Positions 1-14,303 of a stretch of DNA of 64,000 nucleotides are shown here, one piece after another. Both the position numbers and the translations under genes were made by a program. Position 1 is the first letter of the stretch, and every line of letters starts with the position of its first letter. The DNA lies in the NCBI RefSeq assembly GCF_009914755.1, contig NC_060940.1; one strand, given 5' to 3'. The stretch comes from the human T2T-CHM13v2.0 reference genome, Homo sapiens. The notes beneath the pieces were generated by a model, which was not told the DNA's origin, did not search any database, and saw only the letters and a program-made list of their open reading frames with translations.

Positions 1-720
1 TGAGACTAGCTTTATGGAGCAGCAGCAGCATATGGTCTCTCTTAATGAATGGTCCACAGGCACTTGAAAAGAATGTGTATTCTGTAGTTTTTGGGTCTGT
101 CATACTATAAATATCAAGTAGGTCAAGCTGGTTGATTGTGTCATTCAAATTTAATATATGCCTACTAATTTTTTCTGGTTGCTTTATCAGTTACTCAGAA
201 TGGAGTGTTAAAAATCTTAAAGTACGGTCAATGAATTTGTCTTTCAATTATTGCATCATCTATTTTGAAGCTCTGTTAATAGGTACAGCATACATTTTTA
301 GGGTCATTTTGTGTTGTTTATAAATTGACACCTTAATTATTATTAAATGATCATTTTTACCCCTAGTAATGCTCTTTGTCTTGAGGTTTATTTTGTCTGA
401 TATTATTCATGCCAAACCAGCTCTCTAACACTTAGTGTTTGCATGGTATCTAAAAAGTGTTTCCCGCCTTTTTTAGTTTAATCTTTATGTGTTGTGTATT
501 TAAACTGTGTTTCTTATAAACAGCATATAGTTAATCTTGCTTTTTTTGGTTTAATTTGTCAATCTGTGCTTTGCACATGGAGAGTTTAGGCCATTTATAT
601 TTAATGTAATTATGGATATGGTCAGGTTTAAGTCTATCTTGACTTTTATTTTCTATTTGTATCCTCCATTCTTTGTTCTTCCGTTTCTCTTTTACCACCT
701 TCTTTTGGGTTAATACTTTT
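1..720 (-). mobile_element. Ancient L1M (L1MC/MD/ME-class) ORF2 fragment
   Basis: Antisense L1 ORF2 motifs (cacttgaaaagaatgtgtattctg, tattttgaagctctgttaatagg, cagcatatagtt); heavily decayed. Confidence 0.85.
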
Positions 721-2216
721 TTCCTAGTATTTTGTGTGTGCTTTTTTGGGGTGTTGCTTTGGTTGATAAAGAAAACTTCAAGCTAGAAAATGACCAGTAT
801 TATTTATGATTCAGGAATACAGCTGCCTTAAGCTTAGACTCACAGAGGCTGCTGGTCTTTACTGCAGTGGATGCCTCACTGGTTTTATTAATATTATCAT
901 CATAGTGTTGATGGGTCCCTATAGCACAGGGCACATTGGATATTATCCCTATTCTCCCTGGGATTTTCTGTCAGGCTGTGGCACATGAGCTGCACAGGCA
1001 GAGGATTATTTGCAGATAAGCCATACAAGCCTCCATCTGCAGTAAATGCTAGTCTTTTGGAGTCTGTATTTCAGTTCCACGGTCAAGCTGTGTCTCTCTC
1101 TAGGGGCTACCAGACTTCTGTTTGCTGTCACCTCTCTTTCCATCACAGCTGCTTCCCTCAGTTTGTTAGGAGGCAGGGAACATTCTGAAACCCTGGAGAA
1201 AAGCTGGCTGTGGGAGTCACAGATGCCAGTGTTTTAGGTAAACTTCAGACATGCTTCTGATGTTGAGGGGCTTGATTCCAAACAGTGCTTGGGTCCCTTC
1301 CTCTCTCCCCCACCACAGTGCATGTTATAGGAAAAAGGAACCAGGCCTTATAGGTGTTGAATTATTATTCACTCCATTCCTCTTCATTTTTTTTTTTTTG
1401 CTTTGTTTATGACTTAGATTAATTCTGAATCTCTTGTACCTGGACTCCTTTGAAAATTCCAATAAAGCAAAAATGATTAAAATTGAATTGCCCATAGAAG
1501 CTGAGATGCCTTTTTTCCCCTGGAGCTAGGCTCAGCATCTAAATAAGGGAGGAGGCCCACACCCTGCATATCAGCCTTTCAAACAAGGCACCGTGGGAGT
1601 ACCTGAGTTTGGATCCATAAATACAAAACAGGAAATCTTAAATGGAACTTTTCTCTATGTTTTTTTAAAGATGTAATATGAGATTATAGCTTTGATCATA
1701 ACTTAATTTTTCATTTCCATTTGAACTCTAATTTTACTTAAATTTCCTTCTGACAAATCTCCAAAGGAATATTTAAGTGACACAGCATAATGCTGGCAGA
1801 TTATTCATATATCAGCCCTTAGGCTACCAAGGAAGGCTTCATCATCTCAGAGTGAGTTTTATTGGAATCTGTAGCTCACAAAATATTGCTTTCTGACAGC
1901 TCCTGTGCAGTAGAATTTAAAGGCTTAAGTTTTGGGAGGATTTACACATTGGTAGCATCCTCTGCTATGCCTTTTAGGGACATTAAATCAGGAGGCTCCT
2001 AAGTGGTAGTCCTGTAGAAGGGTGTTCTATAATCCTCCCATATTTATATCACAGGTATATGGGCCTTGGAAGAGCTCTTTTTCCTCCTACTTTTTGAACC
2101 TGATTGGGGCAACTGCGTTCTTCTGACCTGTGCACTTTAGGGGAGTTGAGTCTGTCATGGTGACCTGAACATGCACACAAAATCCTATCTCAGTGCGGCA
2201 GAAAGCCAACTTTGCT

Positions 2217-2510
2217 TCATTCATGTGTTCACCCATTCATTCATTCATTGAATAAATATCTATTAAGCTCCTTTTATTGCCAGATACTCTTCTATCCTGG
2301 GGACATTAGTAGTGGATAAATCAGATATTGTGGCTCTGTTCATAGAGCTCATGGGCTAGCAGGGAAGACAGAAGAAATAAGACTCATAAACATACAACTC
2401 CATCTATCATAACTGGTCATGAGAGTGATGAAGGAAATAATTTCTCTGTGGAAGAGGAATTTGAGCTGAGACCTCGAGGACTGGTAGAAGTTAGCCATAT
2501 AAAGTGATTT
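2217..2510 (-). mobile_element. L2 3' fragment
   Basis: (ttca)n followed by aataaatatctattaagc...ccagatactct, the reverse complement of the L2 3' end. Confidence 0.75.
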
Positions 2511-2534
2511 TTTTTCCCCCAAAACAATATAGAG

Positions 2535-2680
2535 AAATGTTTTCATTTGCATTTCTCCTATTCCCCGCGAATTTGAACCTCTTCATGACATTACTGGCAA
2601 TTTGAATCTTGTTTCATGAAATTTGCCTCTTCATGTCCTTTACCTGTTTTTCAGTTCCTTGTCTTTTGCTTATTGCCTTG
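2535..2680 (-). mobile_element. Old L1 fragment
   Basis: tttcatttgcatttctc...tgcctcttcatgtcctttacctgttttt resembles antisense L1 ORF2 end. Confidence 0.5.
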
Positions 2681-3450
2681 GGGGAGTCTTGCCTTTCACA
2701 GGTAGGTTTTCATCCACCTGCAGCTTGTGTGATGTAGTGACTCAGGTGGGCTTTGCAAGGGGGTAGATACTGAACGAAGGTGGTGCGTGTTGAGAAGTCT
2801 GAACGGGTAGCCTTACAGAATGCTGGTTTGGTCAGATCAGCCTGGGACCAAGTTGAGTACCACATGTTTCAGAATCAGTGAGGGACCGGTTTCACCTGCT
2901 ACACTTCATTACATAAGCTGGGGCTCATGTTAAAGAGAGGTCAAGTGTTCCTATTCTGAGCCTGGCACCACACAGGCTTTTATTGTGATCAGCAACATTT
3001 TGGTAGAGATTCTTCCCATGGAGTTTCTGAAATACCTGCTTTCTGTCTTCTGCTGGGGGTCACTTACATCTACAGAGGATGACTGAGGAGGAGGTCTGGC
3101 AGGAAATGATGGGGGGCTGTTTTCATCTCATCTCTATAATTCCAGATGTTTCCCTTGACTTCTTTAAAGACCATGTTTTACCCTATTGATTAGAAAAACA
3201 AAGTGGCTTTCAGAAACCTGCTGTTAGGATCTGTGAGATTTTATCGAATCTTCTCCATATTTCTTGCCCTTGCAAGAGATGTCTTGTGAAATTCTTTTCT
3301 TGTGAAAAATAAAGTCTGCTGAAGAAGAAATGGGAAATCCCACACATGCAGAAGCAAGGTGGCACACATGCAGATGGACACTTCTGGGTGGTGGGCAGCC
3401 ATTTAAGGTTTTAAACAGCGAATTATACTTCAGTTTTAGAATGGTGAGTA

Positions 3451-3896
<446 letters not shown>

Positions 3897-3997
3897 AATG
3901 GTGAGTAAAGAAGACTTAGAACCTTCAGTGATTTGGATAACAGTCCCTACTAATATTCCAGATACTCCCTTTCCAAGGAAGAGGTCTTCTAGAATTC

Positions 3998-4281
3998 TTT
4001 TTTTTTTTTTTGAGACGGAGTTTCACCCTTGTCACCCAGGCTGTAGTGTAGTGGCATGATCTTGACCCACTGCAACCTCCTCCTCCTGGGTTCTAGTGAT
4101 TCTCCTGCCTCAGCCTTCTAAATAGCTGGGATTATAGGTGCATGCCAACATGCCTGGCTAATTTTTGTATTTTTAGTAGAGACGGGGTTTTACCATGACC
4201 TTGAGCTTATGACCTCAAGTGACCCACCTGCCTTGGCCTCCCAGATTGCTGGGATTACGGTGTGAGTCACCATGCCTGGCC
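3998..4281 (-). mobile_element. AluS
   Basis: Poly-T plus Alu antisense; TSD ggtctt(c/g)tagaattct; small internal deletion. Confidence 0.95.
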
Positions 4282-5332
4282 GGGGTCTTGTAGAATTCTG
4301 ATGATTAGAGCTTTATCATGAAAGATCGAGTTAAATGCACAGCAATGCTCTGCGGAGCAAGGTAAGGTTGCTTCCGAGAGAGCACGCCCATGCTGCCCTG
4401 CCCTCCATCACCCAGATCACTTTATGCCTTTTATCTGTTAGAGTCCCAGTCTGCTCTGTTCTGCGTCTTGCAGGACCGTAAGACAAAGCATCACATCACA
4501 GCTGGATCAGAACAAGTTTCAGCCTCCTCCATGTTCTCTGCTATCATCAGGATTTTCAAGGATAATTTGGTCTAAGTCAAGGAGAATCATGTCTAGAAGC
4601 AGCAGCCAGTGGGGGTGAGGCTTATTTCACCTTCCCCATGGCAGGCATCTCAGCAAAACTTTGGCAATCTTTGCTGGCTGGTTAGTGCAGAAATATGAAA
4701 TTACTATTTTCACTTCAACTTAAGCTTCTCCGTGGTGGGGGGTGGAGTGGGGGAGCAGGAAAACCAAGTAAACCACCACCAACCTGGCTGTTCCTGGGGC
4801 TTAGCAATGGAGTTGGCTACTCGCTTATTACATTTCAGTTGGTGGGTCCCCAGGCTAGCCACTGTCATTGCTTTGCTTGCATTTCATGTTTGCATGCTTT
4901 AGGGAGGCATCTGACAAGTCCTATTTCTGTGCTCACACCAGGAGACTTTTCTGGCACTCAGGTGTGCAAACCTGGTTTTACTTCTCTTGAATCTGCTTCA
5001 CACCCACCTGCCCAGTATTTTCTGGACTACTGATTCTCTCCCTGCCATCTTCCCCTCCCTCCCTCCATTTAAAAATAATCACAAAGGAAACACATGCTCG
5101 TGGTGAAGTTAAAATAAAACAGCAGAGAAGGATGTAGAAGAAAAATGGATTCTCTCTTACCACTTCCCCTCCTTATGCCACTATTTTCTGAGGGTGCCAC
5201 CCTCACCCCTGTTCATAGTGTGAGGTGCTTTATTCCAGACATTTTGATGCAGTCACCAACACATACCTGATCTCACACACACCGGGAATTGTGCACACAT
5301 GTGCACATACACACATGTCTGAGGGTCTTAGA

Positions 5333-5651
5333 TTTTATTTATTTATGATGAATTATTACTACTTTTTAGAGACACGGTCTCACTCTGTCCCCCAGGCTGG
5401 AGTGCAGGCACCATCATATCTTACGGCAACCTCAAAATCCAGGGCTTAAGCAATCCTCCCACCTCAGCCCCTTGAGTAGCTATGACTACAGGCATGCACC
5501 ACCATGCCCAGGTAATTTTGTAATTTTTTATTTGTAAACATGAGATCTCACCATGTGGCCCTGGCTGGTCTTGAGATCCAGGCCTCAGGCAATCCTCCTG
5601 TCTTGGCCTCCCAGAGTGCTGAAATTACAAGCTTGAACCACCGTGCCTGAC
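5333..5651 (-). mobile_element. AluJ
   Basis: Diverged antisense Alu with J-type aagcaatcctcc motifs. Confidence 0.9.
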
Positions 5652-5732
5652 TATAATAGCTGTAATTTAAAATAGTCATGCTTGTGGTTAAAAAATAAAG
5701 CAGTACTGAGAGGCTTACAATGAAAAATAACT

Positions 5733-6114
<382 letters not shown>

Positions 6115-7171
6115 TCAGATAATATTTATATATTGCCAGTTCTTGACTGATCTGACTGATCAATTTCAGTCATTATTAATTCAGATTTCTGGCTGTGATA
6201 GATGAGATTTAGCCTCATCTCAAACCCATGTCTCCCCTTCCTTTAACCTCAACAAATTGTTATTTTGACTATATTTAGTAAAATAATAAATAGAGTTATA
6301 TTATTTTGGCTGTGTAAATATTATTCTTTTCAGGGCCGATAGTAGTAAGATGACCTTTTTTTTTCTTCTGGAGTTTATAGTTGCCTTTATTTTTACTTTC
6401 AACTATTTGCCTTTGCTATGTGTTACTTTTTTTTCAATATTTGTCTTATATTAAGTATACAGTCAAGTTTTCCTCTCTTGTGTCTTTTTCTGGAGATCTC
6501 TCTCGCAGATTCCCAGTGCTCCAATTTGCACGGCACCGCTGTTGTCCTGAGACCTCCCTGCTAAATGCATTGTGTTTTCAGCTCTGTGTTTCTCTCCCAC
6601 CTCCCCTGGGCTTGGGAGTTCTAGGTCTTAAGACCTTGTGGGGTTCTTGAAGGGGATCAGCTTTCTCCTTGGCTGATCCCTTTCCTTTCTCATGTTGTCT
6701 TGGCTAGAGCTTCCTCTACTCCACTTCCTGTCAACTTCTTTAAACACACTCCACGAATATGTTAAAATCTGTCTTTAATAAGACAGCTCCCTCTCTTTCT
6801 AATAATTCTTGCAGATCCCTGACTTAAAATTCCTTTACTGTCATTTTATTGGGTTTTAGGAGGAGATAAATGGTTTTGCTTTTGGAACGTCTTCTCCTTT
6901 AAACCAGAAGTCTTAGTGTTTAAAAGGTTTTTCTCAGTCTCTTTTTATTTCTTGTTGCTATCTCTCTTTCTCTCTGTATTATTTTTCACTTAGAGATATC
7001 TAGTCATTGATAACAGTTCTCATAGATGAAGTAGCTCTCCTCTCAGACAAAACTAGGTAGAACTTAGTGGTTATATGCCACAGTAAGTAACACCAAAGTT
7101 GATTGATCCTGAAGTTTACCTAGAGGTTCATAATGCCATGCCATGCTTTTTAAGTGTCTAAACCTCCTAAT

Positions 7172-7362
7172 TTTTTTAAAATTGTTCTTTAATTTTTATA
7201 AACTTAGGGGGTACAAGTGCCATTTTGTTACATAGATATATTGCATAGCGGTGAAGTGTGGGCTTTAAGTGTAACCATCACGTGAATAGTGTACATTGTA
7301 CCTGTGGAGTCATTTCTCATTCCTCACTCCCCTCCCACTCTCTCACCCTTCTGAGTCTCTGG
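7172..7362 (-). mobile_element. L1MA 3' end fragment
   Basis: ttagggggtacaagtgccattttgttacatagatatattgcatagcggtgaagt, typical L1MA 3'UTR antisense. Confidence 0.85.
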
Positions 7363-7787
7363 TTTGGTAATGTCATTTAGTGCTTTTCAATTATGATTAT
7401 AGAGAGTATAATTTTATAAGGAATGAAATCCAAGGGAAGCAATTTTATTAAACTATACCGTAAGTGTATAGAGATTCACAGACACAGAAAACCACAGTTC
7501 ATCTGACCCTCAAAGACTTTGTTTCCCTGCCTGGCATTTTTAGATGTATCACAGGCATTGTTCCTTGGGTCATTTTCAAATTTAAACTGGAGCCAAAGCT
7601 TCTTTTTCTGGTCCTTTGATTTAGAGAGAGCTGCTTGTTCCTCTCTGTACACTGTGAACTGACAGGGAGCCTGAAAACCTTTTTTGGCTTAGCCATGGAT
7701 GCACTTTTCCTATTTTTCTCTTAGGATTCAGCTCTAATGTTACCTCCTTCCCAGAATCTTTCCTGATCTGCCCTGGCTTGGGCGGCT

Positions 7788-8250
7788 GAGTGTAGAGGTA
7801 AAAAGTGTGGACTTTGATCCCAGCACTTTGGGAGGCTGAGGTGGGCGGATCACTCGAGGGCAGGAGTTTGAGACCAGCTGCCTGGCCAACATGGGGAAAC
7901 CCTGTCTCTACAAAAAATACAAAAATTAGCTGGGCATAGTAGTGCACACCTGTAGTCCCAGATACTCAGGAGGCTGAGGCAGAGAATTGCTTGAACTCAG
8001 GAGGAGGAGGTTGCAGTGAGTCGAGATCATGCCACTGTACTCCACCCTGGGTGACAGAGCCAGACTCTGTCTCAAAAAAAAAAAGTATGGACTTTGGAAT
8101 TAGGCAGGTATGTTAGAATCCCAGCTTCAACATTTTCCAGGTATAGTGAACTCAGGCACAGTATTCAGCATTTCTGAGTCTCTGTTTCCTCATCTGTATA
8201 TGGAGGAGGGGGTGATAATTGTACCTGTCCAGGTCATTTTGGCTGGGCTA
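7788..8250 (+). mobile_element. MIR interrupted by Alu
   Basis: MIR core tctgagtctctgtttcctcatctgta; sequence joins up across the Alu TSD. Confidence 0.7.
7817..8080 (+). mobile_element. AluS, 5'-truncated
   Basis: Begins at atcccagcac; 16-bp TSD aaaagt(g/a)tggactttg (7801-7816 / 8081-8096). Confidence 0.95.
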
Positions 8251-8507
8251 GAGATTCATGGGCAGAGGCTACACCCACATACAATTGTAAGGTTAGAATC
8301 GATTCCCAATTTATGAACAACTTGAACAGGAGGGTTAGTGCTCAGCTGGGGTGACACTGTAAACAGTAGGGTCTTGCTAGACCTGAGAAATTAATTTCTT
8401 GTTGTGCTGTCATCCATCTTTTCTTTCCTTTATTTTGGAAAAAATACTGGGGTTTGCATTATTTTTCAGAAGGAAAAGTATAGTTTGTACAAATGAAGTA
8501 CACTCTT

Positions 8508-9438
8508 TTCTTTAAAATTTTTAAAAATTTCAATAGCTTTTGGAGTCTAAGTGGTTTTTGGTCACCTAGGTGAATTGTGTAGAAGTGAAGTCTGAGATTT
8601 TAGTGCACCTATCACCTGAGTAGTGTACAGTGTACCCAGTATGTAGTTTCTTATTCCTCACCCCCACTACCCCTGCTTCTGAGTCTTCAGTGTCTGTGAT
8701 ACCACTCTGTATGCCTTTATGTACCCATAGCTTAGATTCCACTTGTAAGTGAGAACATGCAGTATTTGGTTTCCCATTCCTGAGTTACTTCACTTAGAAT
8801 AATGGCCTCTAGCTCCATCCAAGTTGCTGCAAAAGACATTATTTCATTCTTTTTTATGGCTGAGTAGTATTCCACGGTATGTTTGTATGTATGTACATAC
8901 ATACATATCACATATATCACACACATATACACACACATATATATTAATATCACATTTTCTTTTTTCACTCAGTGGTCAATGGGCACATAGGTTGGTTCCA
9001 TATCTTTGCAATTGTGAACTGTGCTGCAATAAACATATGTATGCAGGTGTCTTCTTGCTATCATGACTTCTCTTTTGGGTGGGTACCCAGTAGTGGGATT
9101 GCTGAATTGAGTGATAGATCTACATTTAGTTCTTTAAGATATCTCCATACTGTTTTCCATAAAGGTTGTAGTAATTTACTTTCCCACCAGCAGTGTATAA
9201 GCGTTCTGTTTTCACCACATCCATGCCAACATCTCTTTCTTCTGACTTTTTAATAATAATCATTCTTGCTGGAGTAAGGTGTATCTCATTGTGGTTTTAT
9301 TTTGCTTTCCCTGATGATGAGTTATGTTGAGAATTTTTTCCTATGTTTGTTGGTCATTTGTATATCTTCTTTTGAGAAATGTCTATTCATGTCATTTGTC
9401 CACTTTTCGATGGGATTATGTCTTTTTCTTGCTGATTT
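8508..9438 (-). mobile_element. L1PB/L1MA 3' portion
   Basis: Antisense 3'UTR and ORF2 end; the minus-strand ORF 8732-8968 reads EYYSAIKKNEIMSFAATWMELEAIILSE; TSD tacactctt (8499-8507 / 9444-9452). Confidence 0.92.
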
Positions 9439-9619
9439 CAAATTACACTCTTAGTAGGGAATAATTACAGATGCGTTGGCCTCTTGTTGCTGTCAATCTA
9501 GATGCTGCTTCAGCAAGCCCCAGTTGTGCCTGGGAAGTAGCTCTGACATTGTTCTTTCTCTTGACTCCCATGGTCACTTGCTCCTTGTTACGGTGCTGTA
9601 ATAATCTGTGGGCAAATCC

Positions 9620-9744
9620 ATCCTCCCCAGTAAATCATGAGCCTTGCAAGAGCAAAGGCCATGTTCTATTAATGCCTGAATTTCCCAGTGCTTCAGATAG
9701 CACCTAATACCTAGAAGGGGCTCAGGAGGGGCTGCATGAATGAA
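9620..9744 (+). mobile_element. L2 3' fragment
   Basis: Ends ...tgcatgaatgaa; L2 tail motifs. Confidence 0.55.
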
Positions 9745-9987
9745 ACCCCATATGTATTATGCAAAGGGTCGGTTTGCTATTTCATTGCATGAGAATAGCC
9801 AGGTAGACTTTACTAACATGGAATGCGTGTTTGGGACACTCTGGTCATATATAGGCCATTGTTGTGAGTGAAGCTTACTTCGGGTGAAAGAGGGTCTCTG
9901 AAGCACAACTGAGAACATGTAGGGAGGTATCCTCCAGGGCTGTTGAAACTTAGGGCGGAATTTCTCCCAACTGGGAAGACATGTCTT

Positions 9988-10286
<299 letters not shown>

Positions 10287-10358
10287 GACATGTCTTAAAT
10301 TATAGATGATATGGGATCCATTAGGCTCATCTAGGAGTTCTGAGGACACCCAAGAGAC

Positions 10359-10428
10359 AGACAATTCTCAAAAGAAGACATACAAATGACCAACAAACAT
10401 AGGAAAAAATTCTCAACATCACTCATCA
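10359..10428 (+). repeat. 70-bp inverted copy of L1 segment 9315-9384
   Basis: Reverse complement matches 9315-9384 at 67/70 positions. Confidence 0.9.
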
Positions 10429-10714
10429 CCTATAGTGGCTGATGCTGCAGATGCATGAGGGACCTGTGTGAAGCTTCGTAAGATCCTTGGACAGAGACAA
10501 CCAAAGAATGTCTTCAGATATGAGCCCAGAATAGAGAGGCGGACACTGCAGATTGCAGGATCTGATTTGCAGTCTTGCTGCCTCTCACATGGTGCCTCTG
10601 TTTGGCTTGCTTCAGCATGAGCAGCAGTAGGCGCTTATTTGTTTAATGATGCTTAGTGCCTTTTTTTTCCAGGCACACCACTGAGAATGGCAGGCTCAGT
10701 GATGAGATGTAATT

Positions 10715-10880
10715 CCATTTTGTGCCATGTGCTGTCCTGGGCGCTTTCTGTGAACTGTTTGATTTTGTCTTCACAGCCACCCTGCAAGGTGGATACCGTT
10801 GCCCCCACTTTAAAGATGGGAGAAGGAAAGCCCGGGCAGGGATGCTCATTACTCAAAGTCATGCACAGCCTGTTGAAGCA
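10715..10880 (-). mobile_element. MIR
   Basis: cttcacagccaccctgcaaggtggatac...cccactttaaagatgggagaa. Confidence 0.65.
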
Positions 10881-11176
10881 GGGCAAATTGCTCCATTTGC
10901 TGCAACCCTTAGGACCTCTAATTCCCCCTCCCCAAAGTCCTCTGGGAGGTCTCAAATCATGGCAGTTGATGAGGAGAGCAAGGACCAGGTGACAAGACAG
11001 CTCTAGATATGGCTTTCCCCACAGTGATGTGACTCCTAGCATTAGTGCCATTGCTGTGTCTTTGGGAGGTTAGTCTGGAAGTGGCTTATGTTATTCACCA
11101 GGTCCTTTCCTGTAGAACAAACAGGATCATCTACATATGACCTCCTTAATCTGGGACCCATGACTTACAAGAAGAC

Positions 11177-11541
11177 TGTATTAGTCCATTTTCATGCTGC
11201 TGATAAAGACTTACCCGAGACTGGGAAGAGAAAGAGGTTTAATGGACTTACAGTTCCACATGGCTGGGGAGGCCTCACAGTCACGGTGGAAGGCAAGGAG
11301 GAGCAAGGCTATGTCTTACATGGATGGCGGCAGACAAAGAGAGAGAGTTTGTGTAGGGGAACTCCTCTTTTTAAAACCATCAGATCTCCTGAGACTTATT
11401 CACTATTGCGAGAACAGCATGAGAAAGACTGGCCCCCATGATTCAGTTACCTCCCACTAGGTCCCTCCCACAACACGTGGGAATGGTGGGAATTACAATC
11501 AAAGATGAGATTTGGATTGGGGACACAGCCAAACCATTTCA
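11177..11541 (-). mobile_element. THE1 (THE1B/C-like) solo LTR, MaLR
   Basis: tgtattagtccattttcatgctgctgataaagac...ggggacacagccaaaccatttca; 5-bp TSD aagac. Confidence 0.93.
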
Positions 11542-11691
11542 AAGACTTATGGGTGGGCTTTGGAGGCTGTGGGTGGGTGGGTGGTGATAGCCTGAGCTCC
11601 CATGAAATGTATGGGATGTTTTGTGTGTCCTTCCTCTGGGTAAGGTTGTAGCTTCCATCACATTCTCAAGAGGGGTCCAAAGAACAACACG

Positions 11692-11910
11692 TAATAATAG
11701 TAATAAATAATAATAATGATCGCATAATGTGAGCTAACATTTATGCAGCACTTTCCAAGTTTTATCTCATGAGACCCTCTTGACAATCTGATGAGCTGGG
11801 TGCTGTATTATCTATCCCCACTTGCATACAAGGAAAAAAATAAGTCACTTGGCCCAGGTCATGCAGTGGGTATTGGATGGAGTTGGAGTCTAAGCTTAGG
11901 CAACCCAACT
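11692..11910 (-). mobile_element. (TAA)n plus MIR
   Basis: (taa)n, then gctaacatttatgcagcac...aagtcacttggcccaggtc. Confidence 0.65.
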
Positions 11911-12104
11911 TGCGAATGCATGTATTGCAGACCCAACAGATAACCAGCCTTTGTGTGGATGTGTAGCTGTTGTTTGTTAGGGAAATGTGGAGTGTGGAGA
12001 GGGGGAGTGGTAGACCCGTGCCCCATGGCACAGGTGAGCTCTGCCTCTGGAGCTGCTGTGAGCAGCCTCTCTCCTTCTCTTGAGGGATCTGGGAGAAGCA
12101 GCAC

Positions 12105-12673
12105 CAGGGCTGACCGCTTCACTAGGTGCAGCAGGCACAGTGACTCATGAAAATGCTTTCATTTCTTTTATTTACTCATTTTTTCTTTTTTGAGACTGGA
12201 TCTCACTCTGTTGCCCAGGCTGGCGTGCAGTGGTGCAATCACAGCTCACTGCGGCCTTGATCTCCTGGGCTGAAGTGATCCTCCTTTCTCAGCCTCCCTA
12301 GTAGCTGGGACTACAGGCATGCACCACCATGCCCAGCTAATTTTTTCATTTTTTGTAGAGACACGGTCTTGTTATGTTGCCTAGGCTGGCCTTGAACTTC
12401 TAGACTCAAGCAATCCTCCTGCTTTGGCCTCTCAAAGTGCTGAGATTTGAGGCATGAGTCACCACACCTGGCCTCATTTCTTTTAAAACCAGAAGATATT
12501 GGAAAAAAAAAAAAAAAAGAACTTTCAGGTCAAAGAAAAAACTTCAAGTAGTGATATATATGTCTTTATAACAACACAGACAAAAAATACCGTTTTGAAT
12601 TTTTTTTAATGGAGGAAAGGAGCCCACAAAAGTGAAAGTGCCCGAGGACCACAGAAGTCATAACGTGACCCTG
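12105..12673 (-). mobile_element. hAT-Tip100 MITE (ORSL-like), split by Alu
   Basis: Termini cagggc...gaccctg; internal atggaggaaaggagcccacaaaagtgaaagtgcc. Confidence 0.65.
12171..12473 (-). mobile_element. AluJ
   Basis: TSD tcatttctttta (12159-12170 / 12474-12485). Confidence 0.93.
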
Positions 12674-13719
12674 GAAAGGGCATTGGGGGCCTCTGTGAGA
12701 TGCCCTTGTGCCAGCTGTTCAGAGGAACCAGTTTATCTGCCTTGGAAATTTATTTTAGTTCTGGAGCCTTATGAATCATGATGGAACCATTTGGAAGACG
12801 CATAAAGTGAAATGTACAGATCACGTTGTTGGTGGAGTCTGTGGGCTGATGGGGCAAATGGCTCTGTACCGGAGGGAAGATGCCAGAGAGGAAGGTTCGA
12901 TGAGGCCCATCTGCTGTGGGACGGGGGAGGAGGCCGTCCGTCTGTCCAGGTGAAATGTCTTAAGTCAAAATTAGCATTTCCATGTTTAATTCCACTATTA
13001 TTGCCCCACAGGCCACGTAATCACCGGTGATTAAATGGAGACAGGGATGTGCTTAGAATTCATATCTTGCAGGATCTAAATCAACAGTGAAATAGGGTAC
13101 TGCTGTGATTTTACTCAGTTCCTGAGTCTGGAGTTTCTTGGAGCAGCTCCCGGGGAACGGGGTCTGCGTAGCTGCACCCCAAGCTGTCTCTGCAGGTGTT
13201 TTGTGCTGGGAGGGCTCCCCTTCATTTCAGGGGCCAGGCAAAGAGGCAGGGGACAAGAATCACAATTATGCCTGATGTTTGTGTAGCAGGGACCCTGTTT
13301 GTCACGTACAGAAAGTGCTTTTGCAAGGAATTAATTTAAGCCATTTTAAATTTGCTTTGCTGGTGAGTGCTGTGCGTAAGAGCACCAGGAAGGTCATTAT
13401 GGGAGTCTCAGTCCTGCATTGCTCCCTTCTGAAGGCTGGGAAGAAGGTGAGCTCTTCTCCCTTTGGTGAAGAACACATAGGGTGGGCATGCTGGGATGTC
13501 CACCTCTGTGCTCACATTGTCTAGAGCCTGTAGACGCACCCTGATGCCAGAGTATCAGACTCATCATACATTCTCATAGGCCTGTCTTTGGAGAGTCACC
13601 TGGTAGCGCATAAGACAGAACTTTTGACAGGTGCCACCTGACCCCTGTGGTCTCAAGTTCCACCTACAGTAGGTCTCCTCCCACTACCAGAGACCTCCCC
13701 CGCCCTACTCCTCTCCTTG

Positions 13720-14100
13720 CTGTCTCTGCTCTCAGCCATACATTGGCTGCTTTTCCGCTCCCAGCAAACCACACTCCCCTGCCACAGGGCCTTTGCATGT
13801 GTGGCCTTTTGCCTGGTATTCTCCCACTTTTCCTCCTTTACCTAGTTAACTCGTGTTCATTCTTCACATCTCTAATCGAGCACAACTTCCCTCAGATGCT
13901 TTTTGTGACTCAACAGGCTAGGGAAAGATCTGTGCCTTCTCAGATATCCTTATTGCATTTCCTCAAGACACTTGCCTCAGTGTGGCATTGCACCTTCTAT
14001 AATGTGATGGCCAAGTTTGTCTTTGCTCAACTGTGTGCCTGTGTGTCTAGTGCCCAGCACACTGCCCAGAACATGGGCAGTCTCCAGTGAATAGGTGGAG
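13720..14100 (+). mobile_element. L2 fragment
   Basis: cagggcctttgcatgtg...gcctggtattctcc...tagtgcccagcacactgccc. Confidence 0.7.
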
Positions 14101-14303
14101 ATGGTTGGCATGGAGCAGCTTGAGGCCAGAGGCTTCTGAATACTCTCCTCCATTGCTATGAGAACACCCCCTCCACAACGATAAACGTGCTTGATTTCTG
14201 ACTCTGCCATGTACCAATAACTGGGGGACATTGGGCACATTACTTAGCCACGTTGCTGAGCCTCATTTTTCTCATCTGTAAAAACTAGAATAAGAATACC
14301 TAC

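Noticed and set aside
2685-2707. cctttcacag|gtaggt as a recursive splice site
   Set aside because: Short motif next to a decayed L1; expected by chance in 64 kb
4450-4483. tctgcgtcttgcag|GACC|gtaaga as a 4-nt microexon
   Set aside because: Frame-shifting length, nearby upstream AGs and a weaker donor context; likely chance
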